Source: Podospora anserina
Lineage: Eukaryota
Reading direction: 5' to 3'
DNA: 64,000 nt
Assembly (NCBI GenBank): GCA_017654855.1
Contig: CM030333.1
Location: forward strand, 992,001-1,056,000
Positions 12,614 to 26,363 of this stretch are shown in pieces. Position 1 is the first letter of the stretch. Each line of letters starts with the position of its first letter. A model generated the notes under the pieces. It saw only the letters and a program-made list of their open reading frames with translations. It had not been told where the DNA came from and did not search any database. The translations under genes were made by a program, and so were the position numbers.

Positions 12614-13350
12614 AAGCTCCTCGTGGCCGATGATTAACCGGTGGGATGTGTCTGTCTTCAGTTGGCCATGATATCAAACAATAGTACATTTTGGTTAAGG
12701 ACTATTCTATGTTCACAGTTTGGTCCCGTTCCTTATTTCCCATATCTGATGGGCCGTATTCTAGAATCTCTCCGTGACCATCAGCCTTTGTCCAAGGTGG
12801 TGGCTCAGGTACCTTGCCTTGTTCATGGCGGGGCAGTCTGGTATACGCTTGAAGCAGATCCCTGGAAAGTGCGGGGCATCAGCCAGAGCTTCCTTCCTCC
12901 ACGCCCCGCTATCGAACTGAAGCTGGTACCTCCCATCTGACTTCCAACTTGAACCGAATAGAACGGCAGTTGCGTATCGTATATAATCCAGGTCTTACCT
13001 TCCCAAGCTTGTGACACACCAGGCACCGGTCATCCGGTGATGCCACACCACACCTGACCAAAGCTTTGCAGCTTACCTGAGACGCACATGTGTTCCAAGG
13101 TGTATCTATCTCTAACGCTCTAGACGATTCGAGTCATCCACAACAGTATTATCCTTCTTTGCCAAATCCAACAAAGCCGCCAGGCTAGATCTTCTCAACG
13201 TCGCCGCTTTGACCAGTTCGCGAACAGTAACTTCGCTCCGAAATCGCGTACACAACTTGCGATCACAACCCCGCGGTCAGTCTTCCCCAAACACCAACGA
13301 ATCGAGAATCAACCCAGCGAATCGACCCCGCGAGGCGACCACAGAGTACC

Positions 13351-15618
13351 ATGGCGCCCGTCAAATTCGTCCCATTCTCTTCGGAGATAGAACTACCGTT
13401 CTATTCATCGCTTTTCTCGTCCAAACTCGACCATGACCGACTTGACGATTCCGCCCGCGCGGTTTTGGGCGTTTACGAGCCCCGCGTGCAGGCCGATCCC
13501 GAGGCCAGCGTGAGGATGCAAATACTGGGAAATGCCCTCACAGCCAAAGAGTAGGTTTCTGCAAATTGAACTTTTACATTGTGCTGTTCGAACTAATGGC
13601 TGACAGTGACGACAGCCTACCTGTTGGCACGAGTCGCGCAAAGGGGTTTATCAAGAACGTTAACACCATCGAAGATTTCAACAATGTCAACAAGACTGCC
13701 ATGATCGAGGACATCGGCCGGCAGGTGTGTTTATTCTTGACCTGGGGCCAGTTCTTTGTGAACTAACCACGCTTTGGACACCAGATTTGGGATGCAATTC
13801 AAGACGGCACAATCTACTCAGTTCCCTCTCTACTGTCGTCCTTCGCGATCCTTTCGTTCGCCGACCTCAAAAAGTACCGATTTACATATTGGTTTGCATT
13901 TCCGGCCCTACACTTCAAGAAACCTCTATGGGAACGATCTGGCGACATCGAGCGGTTAAACTCTGGGGAAAGCGAAGCTCTCGTCGAGTCGGTTGGCACA
14001 TGGCGGTATACTGTCAGCACGGAGAAGGAGCATGGTTTCTTTCTTGCGAAGAAGTCACGGGGCGAGCATGCCACAGGAAGAGGACCTGTGGACGACTCGA
14101 TGGCAGAGGAAATAGGATACCAGTGGCAAATCGGGTCACTACGCGATTTTGAGAATGGCTTCTTCAACGACATCCCCGAGGAGGACCGATATGTTGCCTT
14201 TGTGGACCCCTCAAACTACCCTGAACACCCTTCATGGCCGTTGCGAAATCTCCTGGTCCTGATCTCGCATCGATATCGGCTGAAGAAGGTACAGATTCTT
14301 TGTTACCGTGATACCCAAGCACGCAGGCACGAGGCTCGGAGCATCATTCTCCCGTTGTCCTTGAACCTACCCAAAGATTTCGATTTCGCGACGGTTCCCG
14401 ACGTAACAGGCTGGGAAAGGGACGGCGGATCGAAACTGAGGCGCCGGGTAGCCGATCTGGCCGAGTATATGGACCCGACCAAGCTGGCCGATCAAGCTGT
14501 GGACCTCAACTTGAAGCTTATGAAGTGGCGCCTGGCACCAAATCTGGAACTCGACACCATCAAAAACACCAGCTGTCTCTTGCTGGGTGCTGGAACGCTT
14601 GGCAGTTATGTGTCTAGGAATCTCATGGGCTGGGGCGTACGGAAGATCACTTTTGTGGACTATGGTGCCATTTCATTCTCGAATCCTGTTAGGCAGCCAT
14701 TATTCGAGTTTGAGGACTGTCTTCAAGGGGGCAAACCAAAGGCCTTGAAGGCGGCTGAGGCGCTCAAAAGGATCTACCCGGGAGTGGAAGCCGAAGGGCA
14801 TGTGCTCTCGGTGCCTATGTTGGGGCACCCAGTTACCAACGAGGCTAAGACCCGAGACGACTTCAATAAGCTACAAGAGCTGGTCAACTCACACGATGCC
14901 GTCTTCATGCTCTTGGATACCCGCGAGTCGAGGTGGTTGCCTACGCTCATGGCCAAATCCGCGAACAAAATCGTCCTCAATGCTGCGCTTGGATTCGACA
15001 CATATGTGGTCATGAGACATGGAGCCAAACCGGAAGATGGGAGTGAAGACACCCTGGGTTGCTATTTCTGCAACGACGTCGTTGTTGCTGCCGATGTAAG
15101 TTTTCTGGCTGTCCCTATTCTCCACATGATACACAAAACTAACGAGCAAATAGTCCATGAAAGACGCAACCCTGGATCAACAATGCACCGTCACCCGTCC
15201 CGGAGTGGCAGCTATTGCCTCGGCTCTCCTCGTCGAGTTGTTCTCCAGCATTCTCCAGCATCCACAGAGGCAGCACGCCCCCGCACCTGTTCCATCAGCC
15301 AATGGAGAATATGAACGTGACCCCCCTGAGCACCCCTTGGGCATCGTACCACACCAGATCAGAGGGTTCTTGTCCTCGTTCAACAATATGAATATCCGTG
15401 GGAGGTCATATCCACAGTGCAGTGCTTGCTCCAAGCCAATTCTGGAAGCTTATGCAAAGGATGGATGGGGATTCGTCAAAAAGGCCCTAGCTGATAGGGA
15501 CTATGTTGCCGAGTTGAGTGGGCTGGCTGAGGTTCAACGACAGGCGGAAGCGGCTGCTGCAGATGTGGAGTGGAGCGAGGAAGAAGGTGACGATGACGGC
15601 GAGGGTATACTACTATGA
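13351..15618 (+). CDS. ATG7: Autophagy E1-like activating enzyme Atg7 (4 exons)
   Basis: Introns 13551-13606, 13725-13784, 15096-15153; motifs [66 protein letters not shown] (catalytic Cys), [13 protein letters not shown]. Confidence 0.97.
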
Positions 15619-16182
15619 CGTTAGTGAATGCTTTTGTAGATACGGGCTATACTGGCGTCTTGGTGTTAGCGGGGTTTCATGGTTACCCAGGGTTTAGGTC
15701 AAGTCTTTGGTCTTATGATAGATGAGATATTATATGCTGTTCTGCTTGAGATTTATCTGAGAGGTGTACTAAGAGAGTCGAGAGGAGTGCTAAGTTCTGC
15801 AGAGAACGGGCAGACCACGACACTCATCTTGTCTGTGGTAAAGCTACAAGCGAGCAAGTGTTGCCGAAACTGCTGCCTCCAGTGTCATCACATTGACCAT
15901 CTTTGAAGCCTTTCATATTCTGTTCTGTCAAGTCGCTATACTTTTGTCCACAACATGATTGCTCTCGCAAGTCGAACCCCCGGCTAGATGCCCATCACGC
16001 CAACCCAACTTCGTCCTAGCCCCGCCAAGCTCATCCCTATCTTATCCCAAAGCGGTCAAACCCGTCAAAACTTCCCGCCCCACTTTATTTTTCCCTTCCC
16101 TCTCCCCAAAATTTCCCCACCACCAAACTTGGCCCCTTCCCTTTTTTCTCCAGCAACCACCCCGACAAAACAACCGACAAAG

Positions 16183-16464
16183 ATGGCGCAAGGAGCCATC
16201 AAAAAGGCCCCCAAGGCCAACCCGGGGCTCACCAAAGCCAAGGGCAGCGGCGGCGGAGCGAAAAAGGTCAACAAACCCCAAAAGGCCAAGAGCGGCGGGA
16301 GCGCAGACAAGCAAAAGAAGAAGTTCACCTCGGGCATGGTGGCCAAGACGGAGCTGATGCTGGGGGCGAGGGCGGGGCATCTGGAGCTGATCGGGAAGGG
16401 GAGGGACAAGACGAAGAAGGGGCCTGCGACGGAGAGTAAAGGGGGGAGCCGGAAGTTTGGTTAA
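16183..16464 (+). CDS. Small Lys-rich UPF0390/DUF2462 family protein (93 aa)
   Basis: ATG in CAAAGATGG context; MAQG start, Lys-rich middle, and KTELMLGARAGHLELI motif match my recollection of this family. Confidence 0.8.
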   Translation: MAQGAIKKAPKANPGLTKAKGSGGGAKKVNKPQKAKSGGSADKQKKKFTSGMVAKTELMLGARAGHLELIGKGRDKTKKGPATESKGGSRKFG

Positions 16465-16684
16465 GACTGACTGCGCACTTTGTATGGTGGCAAGTCTGGG
16501 ACGGAGAACGACGGCGGGGCGGGTTGGGAGATTTGGAAGGGGATGGAAACGACAAGGGAAAGGACGACAAGATACCCATTGTTTACGATATTGTTTCGCG
16601 ATTCTTGCATGACTTTTGGGATTGGAAGGGATTTGGTACGACTCAATATGGCCGACAGACTGCTCGCTTTTGTAAAAATTGCAT

Positions 16685-18386
16685 TTACGCCTCGACAAAA
16701 CTCTCGGCGACTTCTCTCAAGACGCCCTCTACATACTTTGCGTCCCTCTCAACCTCGACCCTCCACGTCGACACAGCGATTCTCACCGCCTTCCTGCCTT
16801 GCCATTGCGTCCCGCTCACAAACATCTTGCCCGTCTGGTTGATCCGATCAACGAGAACATTATTCAGCGCCTCGTTTCTCGCCCGGAATAACACAATCAT
16901 GAAGATGTCTTCCTCGACATGATTCTCAGTCTCAGGAAGCAGCTCGTAATGTTCAGAGTTGTGGATAAAAGAGGCGAGTTTCCTGGCAAGGAACACCATC
17001 CGGCTGAACATGGCCTCCATGCCCTCTCGGCCCTCGCTTTTCAGGACGGCATAAACTGGCAGGGCGCGGAAGCGACGGGAGTTCTCAAGGCCGATGTTCA
17101 AAGGGCCGAAGATCCCATCTTCTTGGGAACCGGCAGCAGAGGAGGATGGCGGGGGAGCCAGGTAGGCGGCGCCCGGGTTGCTAAACACTTGAGTGAGGGT
17201 GGATGGGTGGCGGGAGAAGAAAATGCCGTTGTCGTAGGGCTTTTTAACACGCACACACACACACACATATTAATACAGCAAGCAAATAAAAAGTTGAAAA
17301 CATATACAAAAAAAAACTCAAAAAACTCACCACATTGAGAAGTTTATGCCCATCCACGCAGATACTATCCGCCAATTCCATGCCTGCGACACAGGCACGC
17401 AGACTAAGAAACTGGTCTGTTTTGGGCAGAGCCCGGGCAAAGATGCCAAAGGCGCCGTCGACGTGGATCCAGGCCTTGTAACGGTCAGCCAGGCTGCGGA
17501 TCTTGGGCATGTCGAAGATGGCTGTGGCGAACCGGCCGGTGTTGACCTCGCCCGAGGAGATGGCTATGATGCATGCTGTGCTGTTTTTTTCAGCCTCTTT
17601 CAGGGCTGGTTCCAACTTGTCGAGGTCGATTCTCCACGGTTTGTCATCTTGTCCAACATCGAGCACGCACTCCTCCCCCAACCCCAATATCTTGGCCGCC
17701 TTGAGCAGCGAGGAATGGGGTTTCGACGTCAGAATCTTGATATCTGCCACCCCAGCGGCAATACAAGCTTTGACCAAGCCTACCTTGGCCACGGATTTTT
17801 CAGGGGAAGAGAGGCGGGAGGAGATGAGATATTCCCTCCCGCAGGCCAAACCGAGGATGTTGGCGCCCGTGGCGCCTGTGGTGAAAGTCTTGGCTGGGAA
17901 GCGGGAGGGTGGCAGGTCAAGGAGGGAGAGGAGCATGGATAGGGTTGTTGACTCGACGAAGGTGGCGGAGGAGTGGACCCATCCTGATGATGATGATGAT
18001 GATGACTGGGGGAAATGGACCTGGACGTTCTGGTCGAGGGCGGTGACGAGGTTGTCTGCTGCTTGGGCTATGGGGAGGCAGGAGCCGGTTACGAAGCCGT
18101 AGTAGTAGGGGGAGGTTGATTGCTGGTTTAGGGAGGGGAGGATGGACTCCAACAGGTGGGTGAGGGTTGAGGAGGGGGTTGATGGGGGGAGGTCAAAGGG
18201 GGCGGAGGGGAGGGAGGAGAGGGTTTGGGTTAGGGTTTGGGGGGTGGGGAGGACGGGGTGGGTGGTGGTGTGGGTTGTTACGGTGGCGCGGAGGCGGGTG
18301 TAGGCTGAGAGGAGGAAGGCGGATTCGGGGTCGGGTCCGGGGTCGGGGTGGAGATCTGGACCGGTGGGTGTGTTCGGGGTCGTCAT
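16685..18386 (-). CDS. Group II pyridoxal-phosphate-dependent amino acid decarboxylase (2 exons)
   Basis: YYGFVTG, FTTGATGANILGL, GEVNTG, WIHVDGAFG, DSICVDGHKLLNV|PYDNG (PLP lysine, joined across intron 17240-17330), ENSRRFRALP. Substrate not assignable. Confidence 0.92.
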
Positions 18387-20371
18387 GATGGGCGGGATGG
18401 AGGTGGGAGGGCGGGTGTTCTTGGTGTTTGATTCGGAGGAAAGCTCCCGGCAATGGCTGACTTGGCAAGGTGCTAAGAGAAGACGGTGAGGCTCGGAGGA
18501 TATTTGAGAAGGGCCAATGACGGGGGGAGGAAAAGTGCTTGAGAGGGATCTTTGAAAGCATGCTGTAGATTTGAGAGTGTCAACTGGTTGGTCATATGCA
18601 TGGCGCCTGCGGAGTCGGTAAATGCGAGCGGGATGGGTGCTTCCTCTCGGGCCCTTAGGCAGGAGGGAATGCTAGTTGGGCCATGGGGGAAACCATCGTC
18701 ATTCGACCCCTCGTAAACCTGAGCTCTGCAACAGGTTGGAGCAGATAAGTGGTCGGGGACACCCCTGGCGATGGATGGGGAAGGACGGTAGCCTTGTAAC
18801 CCTCTCGGTAGCGGGTGTAACGTGAAACGTGCGGAACTTTCTTTGGACTTTTTAGATTTTTTTTCTCCGGACATTTCCCCTAGTCGGATGAGATATCAAC
18901 CGGCTGTTATCAATCTGTCCTAGTACTAGATGTGAGCCCATGACGGGCCTGCTACCAAGCGTTGAGTGTGAATGGATGTCTAGAGACGTGCCAAGGTCGG
19001 AAGACAGTCTGATGGTGATAGAAATATATGCCCCATTTGAGAAGGCGATAAATGGAAGCCTTAGATGTGCAGCTGCAGGCTGTTGTTCCATGTTGCCCCT
19101 CACCCAGCGAGCCGGTGAGAGTGAGGGGAATATCGAGCTGTCATGCAGCGTGCAGCACGCAACAACCCGAAGCGGAGACTGCTACACAGCCATCTATACG
19201 GGGGAGGCCTTCTGATAGGTTGAGCTTAATTACCACGCGATACCTGTTACGCCTCTGCATCAGAGGTTGTCGAAGACGAAAAGAAAACAAAGAACGGGCA
19301 AGCTGACCATCTCCAGGCACCCGTGGACCTGTTTTTCAGCAGCCTTCCCCAGGTCCACTCCAGACTCCGGTGGTCTTCGGTTAGCGGCACCGTGCCATGA
19401 ATTTGGCCACATGCCAACTTGAATCGTGATAAGTCGCGAGAACAGGAAGCAAGATCGATGGCGAGAATGATTGGGAAAGAGGGAAGACCGGCAGTTAAAT
19501 ATTCGGGTGATAAACCTCACTAAAACCCAGGAGTCCCTTGCTACTTTAGCGCCCATGATCAGCATGCTTCCCACTACAACGGGAGTTCCCACACCCAAAT
19601 CTCGCCTGAACGGGACGGCACCCGACACAGGGCTCATCGTGAACATGCTGCAGTATCCCTTGCTATCCCTTGTAAAACCCCCGTTTCTTCACCATTCCAG
19701 GGCCAAAGCTAGCTCCGTGGGCAAAATCAGCTCAGGGTGGTATGCGACTCTAGGGCCGGATCTATAATCTTTTGCTGCTGCCGCCATCATCATTACTCCC
19801 CACCACTGATTTATCAAGAGAAATTTACCCAGTTGGTCACCTACCTTACCCACAGCGATCAGGACCTCCCACACCATCGGCGGACAATTGCTGGGTACGA
19901 CACTAATACAACTTAGCTAGGTAACGGCACGGCACAGACTGATCGATCAACGGGCACCGAGAGCTTCCCGATCTGCCAACAAGTCCAAGTCCACACCACC
20001 CAAGGGCAGTCGAGACCCGTTCCGAACTGTTGGGCCAGTGATCCACGCACACGGGTCTTTGTTCTGACAGAACGCTCCCGCTTCTGGATCACACCCAAAC
20101 TGTTGGGTCAAGGCTGCCGCTCAAATCGACAAAGAACCAAGGGACCAGCAGGGAGGGTTCCGAGCGCAAAGGGCCTTGCGTGGAGGATCCGGGGAGGAGT
20201 CGCCGACCGCTGGCTTATACGGTGTTCTGGACCTTGTGTCTTGTCTTTTCTCAAGTAACATATTTCTCGGCCTTCTCCTTTGCCCGTCCCCCTTCGCTAC
20301 CTCGTAGTGTAGCCGCGCCGCACGCCAAAGCTCCATCTCGGCATACTCTCTCTGGTGCCAATATCTCAACA

Positions 20372-21848
20372 ATGGCTGAGTCTACCAAGTCTGGCACGTC
20401 TGAAGTGTCATCCTCTAGCACGGCCTCAAAGCCTGTCGATGACGACAGGTTCACCTTTGAGTCTGTCCTCGACGACTCATCACACATCGAGGCTGATGTA
20501 AGTTGTCCGAGGAGCATCGTCCAATGTCCCTGTAGCCAAGCTGAATCCTGTTGCTTCTAGTCAAACCCCCATGACATCTAGTATGAACAACCTGCCTGGC
20601 CTAGTCAACAGCCTGACGCAAGACTGATGCCAACCTTTTAGTGACACCCAATCCCTTTCCGAGTCCATAGCCGACTTCCGAGAGGAGTTTGGCAGGACAT
20701 ATCATTCCTACCGTGCCGGCTGTATGTCCTCTCTTCTCTTCCTGCTTCGACCTTGGTGACTGACAACTTTGCCTAGCATACTACTTCCCCAATGACCCCA
20801 CGGAAGCAGAGCGAATGGACGAGCAGTACGAGATCATCAAGGTCATCATGGACGGGCGGCTTCATCTGGCGCCGTTTACCCGCGAAAAGTACCCGCGGAA
20901 GGTGCTCGACATCGCCACAGGGACTGGGCTTTGGGCCATCGAGATGGGAGACGAGTACCCGGATGCTGAGATAGTAGGAACGGACCTCTCGCCGATTCAA
21001 CCGCCGTTTGTGCCACCGAACGTGAGGTTCTTTGTGGAGGATTCGTATGTTTTACCCTCTCTCCCCTATCAATTATCCTCCGATGGCTAACACATCTCCC
21101 ACAGAACCGAAGAATGGTATGCATGCCCTACTTTCCCTCCCACTAAAGCCGCTCCCCACTAACATGTACTCAAGGGACTACCCCCCCTCAGAATTCGACC
21201 TCATCCACACCCGCGTCACAATCGGCTGCTGGGCCGACATGAAGAAGGAAATCATCGCCCGCGCCTTCCACCACCTCAAACCAGGCGGCTGGCTCGAGTG
21301 TCAAGAAGTCCCCGGCATGCCCCACTGCGACGACGGGACCATGCCCCCGGACTACGACTGGCTCAAGTGGACCCTCGAGCTCTACAACAGCTCCCGCCTC
21401 GCCAACCGCCAGGTCGACGTCGGGGAGCAGCTCAAGGACTGGATGAGGGAAGTCGGCTTTGTCGACGTCCACGAGGCCGTGTTCAAGATCCCGCTCAACG
21501 GCTGGCCAAAGGACACGAGACTCAAACACGTGGGGATGCTGTGGCAGAGGAACTTGCTGGATGGCTTGCAGGGTTTCAGTCTGGGGTTTTTTAGCAAGCA
21601 TTTGGGGAAGACGCAGGAGGAGATTGAGGTATTCTTTTTTCCTTTCCAGCAACATATTTTCTTTTTTTGTCTTTCATGATGATGGAGCTAACGTTGTGGT
21701 ATAGGTCTCCCTCGTGGACGTAAGGAGGAGTCTCTTCAACAGAAAGATCCACGCTTACCACAAGCTCTACGTGGTCTACGGAAGGAAACCGGAGGGCGCC
21801 GCCACCGCGCCAGAAGCTGAGGCAGGAGGAGACACAGGCGAAAAATAG
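20372..21848 (+). CDS. SAM-dependent methyltransferase, LaeA-like/TdiE-like family (7 exons)
   Basis: Introns 20498-20560, 20581-20641, 20722-20776, 21045-21104, 21117-21174, 21629-21704 give a continuous frame with GRTYHSY, YFPND..EAERMD, VLDIATGTGLWA, GTDLSPIQP, LKPGGWLECQE, WPKD, VYGRKP. Confidence 0.93.
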
Positions 21849-22343
21849 CACACCGATCTCGGGCGTGTTAAAACACTTTTTCACTTTTGGGTACACAAAC
21901 ACATCCCAGACCAGCGAGGAGCTTTCATACATGTCGATGATACCTTACGGCGCCAGGTTCCCGTTTCTCTCCTTTCAATGTTGGATGTCACGATTCAGGC
22001 TACCGTGGTTGATGAAGGAACAAAGAAAATGGGGACAACATGACTTGATGTTGACGTTACGTGCCAACTTAACTTAGGTAATGAAGAGCCGATGATGATG
22101 ACTTTGGTGTGCTCAACATATTATTACCCCACTGAAAACGCCTACAGGAAATCAGTCATCAGTTTTTTCGGCTACCTACCAAATCGGCATCCCACTACCT
22201 AGAAGTACGAACGCCCTGCTTGCAAAAATTCCAACAAGAATAACAAACGACAATCTGCCCATCCTCTTCTTATACCACCGAAAGAAACAAACACGCAAAC
22301 AAACCCATGAAAACCCCACACAATCTGTTCTTTCCTCAATTAC

Positions 22344-25300
22344 TCAAGCAGTATGCTCCAACCCCCCCTCAACAGTCGCATCCTTCGCACTGTCATCCAC
22401 ATCCAACACCTTTTCCTCTTCCACCCCTTCCCCCTTTTCCTCCTCCTCCTCATCATCACTCACCTCCCACTCATTGGGCCTCACAACCCTAACCTTGACC
22501 AACCCCTCCACATCCTTATCCTCCTCCTTCACCTGGTAGTAAACCCTCAACCCCACCGCCACAACCGCATTCCAGGGGTCCTTGACAAACTCATCTTCTT
22601 CCTCTGACCTGTAACCACCAGGGCCATTCCCGGGGGGACCACCAGGGGGCCCACGGGGGAGCATGCTTCTCAAAAGGTTGGCTGCGTTGTCGTCGTTGTC
22701 GGAGACGAGGCAGTCGAGCTCCGAGTCGGAGAGGTCTGGGGGGGACATGGGGGGCATTATGGAGGGGGTGTCGGAGATGTAGCCGCCGTCGTCGGGGGGG
22801 TGCTGTTGGGGATAGGGGCGGCGGGGGGGTTGGTTGTCGGGGTAGTAGGGGGCTGTTGGGGCTCTGGAGGGGGGGCGGGAGGGGGGACCGGGTTGGTATT
22901 GAGGTTGGAATTGCTGCTGGGGATGTGTGTAAAAGGTAGGGGGTCGGGAAAGGGGGGGAGGCTGGAATTGTTGTTGGTCGGCTGTGGGGGGTCTCGAGGG
23001 GGGTCTAGAAGGGGGGCGGGATTGGGAGCCGGGATGTTGCTGATACATATGTTGGGGGATGATGGGGTGCTGGTAGAGAGGGTGAGGCCCGTTGAAGGGG
23101 TGGTGATGGGGTTGGGCGGGGTGCTGGTGGTAGATGGGGACCATGGGGGGCGGGTGAGGTTGACGAGGCATCTGTTCGACGTTGTTCTGGTCAGGTCTGG
23201 TCCCGAGGAGGTCCTCGAGCTCGGCCTTGAAGTGAGAGACCACTTCGAGAGCTTTTTTCAGCTTGAGGGTAGCCTCGGGATGGGGATCGATGTCTTTGGA
23301 ATTGGACGCAACATCAGCATCTTTGGCTGGGTCAACAGTGGCTCCTTCTTTATCATCCGTCGTGGCTGCCTTAACTGGCTCAGATGTGACCTCCTTCTGT
23401 TTGGCTTCCTCGTCAGGATTGGCAGGAACATTGCTGCTGCCTTCCTCTGCGGCATTGTTCTTTTCGGCATTGTTCTTTTCGGCATTGTTCTTTTCGGCAT
23501 TGTTCTTTTCGGCAAGTGCTCCTGACGATGAAAGGGAAGGAGTATCCTCGCCGACAGTGGACACATCAGGTTCGGCTGCTGCTTCCGCCTCGTCATCGGC
23601 TTTCTCCTCATGAGCTTCGATCTCAGTTTGGGTCTCTTTGTCGAGCTTGGGCTTCTCCGCGCCCGAGTCCGCCTGGACTTTTGACTCGGCCAGAGGTTGC
23701 TCCCCGACCTTCATTGGTTCCTCGCCATCCTTGGGTTTCTTATCGGGCTCTGCGCCCTCCTCCACAGCAACCTCAGTCTGAGTTCCCTCATCGAGCCTCG
23801 CCCTGTTGTTGCCCTTTGGCTTGTCAGCTTCATCATCCGCTTCAGCCTCTGCCTGCTCCTGCTCTGCTGCCTGCCTCATATGCTGCCTGGAATCCCGAGC
23901 TGCGCGCCTCTTCTCGTCACGTTTCTTCTGCTGCCCAACTCTCCATGCCTTCTCGTAGGCCATCTGCTTCTTCTTTTGTTTGATTTGCCTCAGCTCCTGG
24001 CGGTGGATCTTTTTCTGATAGTCAAGATATCGCTTCCGGACCTCTTCGCGGTGCTTCTGCTGTTGACGTTTCTTAAAGGCCTCACGCGCAGTCTTTTCCT
24101 CCTCGGTCTCTGCAATCTTGGCTTTGCTGAGTGCTAGGTCATGCGATAGGCCAATCCGGAGTATTTTGTCACGGCGGTTCTTGACATTGGCGCGCAGCAC
24201 CTCCTCAGGCTCCATCAAACCTTCATGCTTCTCCGCGTCAATCAAAACGAGGACGGTGTACTCGTCTGCCTCAAGGTCTAGCTCCACGCTGATAGACCTG
24301 CTCATGCCGTGGCCCGAAGCCTGACATCGAACGATGTAGTCCTCTTCGCCAGCCTTGTGGACACGGAACCCAAGCAGGAATTCATACCGGCCCTCCAAGC
24401 CTCGGAAATACCGTTCATCAAGCTGCGCCAGGACAAGAACGACTGGCCCCGATCTCTCCAAAGTGAAGGCGAACTTGGTGTGGTGGTATTGCGGCGACCA
24501 CGGAACATCGAGCGTCGTCCAGATCGAGGTGATCTTCCAATCAGGCCCAAACAACCTCGTACGTTCGAATCGCTGATACTTACGCAGCAGATCCTTGTAC
24601 GACATCCAAAATGAGCCGTCATCACCGAACTTGTGGTTCAGCTTGGTCAACCACTCGGGAGTCCATTCCTTACTGCCGTCACTCCATGCTCCTCGCCATT
24701 CACCCTTGCCCCACGGATTTTTCAACATGACCAGACGCACGCCATCAATCTCGACGGCCTTCATGATGGAGTAAGCGTGCCTCTCGACGATGCCTCTTCT
24801 GTTCCCATAACCGCACGCCATGTGACCGGTCGAACATCCAAACAAGAAGTCTTGGTTGACCTTCATCAGCTCGTTCTTCCAGAAAGCATCCTTATCCAGG
24901 ATATCGGTGGTATTCAACTCGGAAGTCACACCGCCGGTCAAATCCTCGATACCCTCGGCCGTGAAACCGCCATCGATGGCTTGATAATCGCCATGTGCTT
25001 TGGCATATGCCTTCTCCAGCAACGGGAGCCAGGTCTCGTTCAGATTCTCACACTGCGCAAAATACAGGGCGACACTTCCAGATTGAAAGTTTCGCCGGAA
25101 GATTTCCTCGGGGTCGGGGCGGTTTTCGATGTCATCCCATATTCGACGTTCGACGTTGATCAAGCCATCTACGACTTGCTCATCGTAGTCTTGCTTGATC
25201 AAGTACAGCTGGAAATATCGTCAGTATTGTATCCCGATCCAAATGCGAGGGAGGCAACTAACCTTGTCGTCGATGATTTCGCTGAACCACTCGCCATCAC

Positions 25301-26363
25301 GGTTGAAGACAAAACCGTATACACCGACATTTTCATCACGAGCGACGCAGACCCGCTCGATCAAGCCCGGCTTGTTGCTAAGAGTACAGATGGCTGCGAG
25401 AAGCCAGCAGTCACCATCTCGCCCTTGACGAACATCGTCTGCCGTGGGTCCCTTGATGAAAAACTGGGGGTCTTCAAAGATATCTCCCACTCGTTTGACA
25501 GACCGGGGGCAGAGCTTAGACATCTCGGCCCTCACCTCAGCGGACTTCTTTCGGCTACCTTTCTGATAGCCAGTCTGACCTCCGCGCACAGGATCGCTCT
25601 CGTCAACTGAATCGATCTCTTTCTCGGCCTCTTCTTCACCACCCTCCCTATTCCTTTTTGTCTTCTTTCCCAACGCTCTCGCGCGCTGCCGTCCTCTGGG
25701 GTTCCACTCTGGGGGCTGCCTCGGATGTCTAGGCTGATCGTCGTCACTGTTGTCATACTCTGGGTAGTCATCCTTGCAGTTGCTCAAACTCTCCAGACAG
25801 TCCCTCGTTCTCGTCTTGAGGTCCCACTCCCTATGTAACTTGGTAAGTAATCGACGTCATGGGAAGCAATGTGGGAACTGGAACCTACAAGTCGAAATGC
25901 GGATCGCGATACTTCTGGTTCACCCTCTTGCACTCTTTGACAATCTTGTCAACTTTAGCTCGACAAAGAGCCGCCGCCTCCTCGTACGAGGTGCTTGTCG
26001 CTCTTCCACCACCACCACCGTTGGCGAGGTCTTTGGCGGCGGTACGTTTGGCAAGCTTCTCGGCGTATTCATTCTTGGGAATAATATTTGTTACTTTGGT
26101 AGCAATCAGCGGCTTGTTATACAAGATGGGTTGTTCTGCAGTTGGATACAACCGTGGGCTGAACTCCCTGAAGAGGGGAGATGGACAATGATCAAGGGCA
26201 TACCTTTTCCTGGATTGTCACTGGTGAATCTCTTCCAGAAGTCGTCGACATTTTGCTGGGGACCGTATCTGCCACGACGGCCGCTCTGCTTGATGAAGCC
26301 AGGGGGCGGAAGGACTATGGGCTTGACGCCATAGGGCTGATCGGGGCCTCCTCGCCGGGACAT
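22344..26363 (-). CDS. Calpain-like cysteine protease (peptidase C2) with long charged/Pro-rich C-terminus (4 exons)
   Basis: Introns 26094-26203, 25831-25888, 25209-25262; catalytic triad motifs QGRDGDCWLLAA, HAYSI, KNPWG; WLPLLEKAYAKAHG, EDLTGG, DDGSFWMS. Confidence 0.95.
23451..23514. repeat. 15-bp coding tandem repeat x4 (AEKNN) in calpain tail
   Basis: GGCATTGTTCTTTTC repeated four times perfectly on the + strand. Confidence 0.95.
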
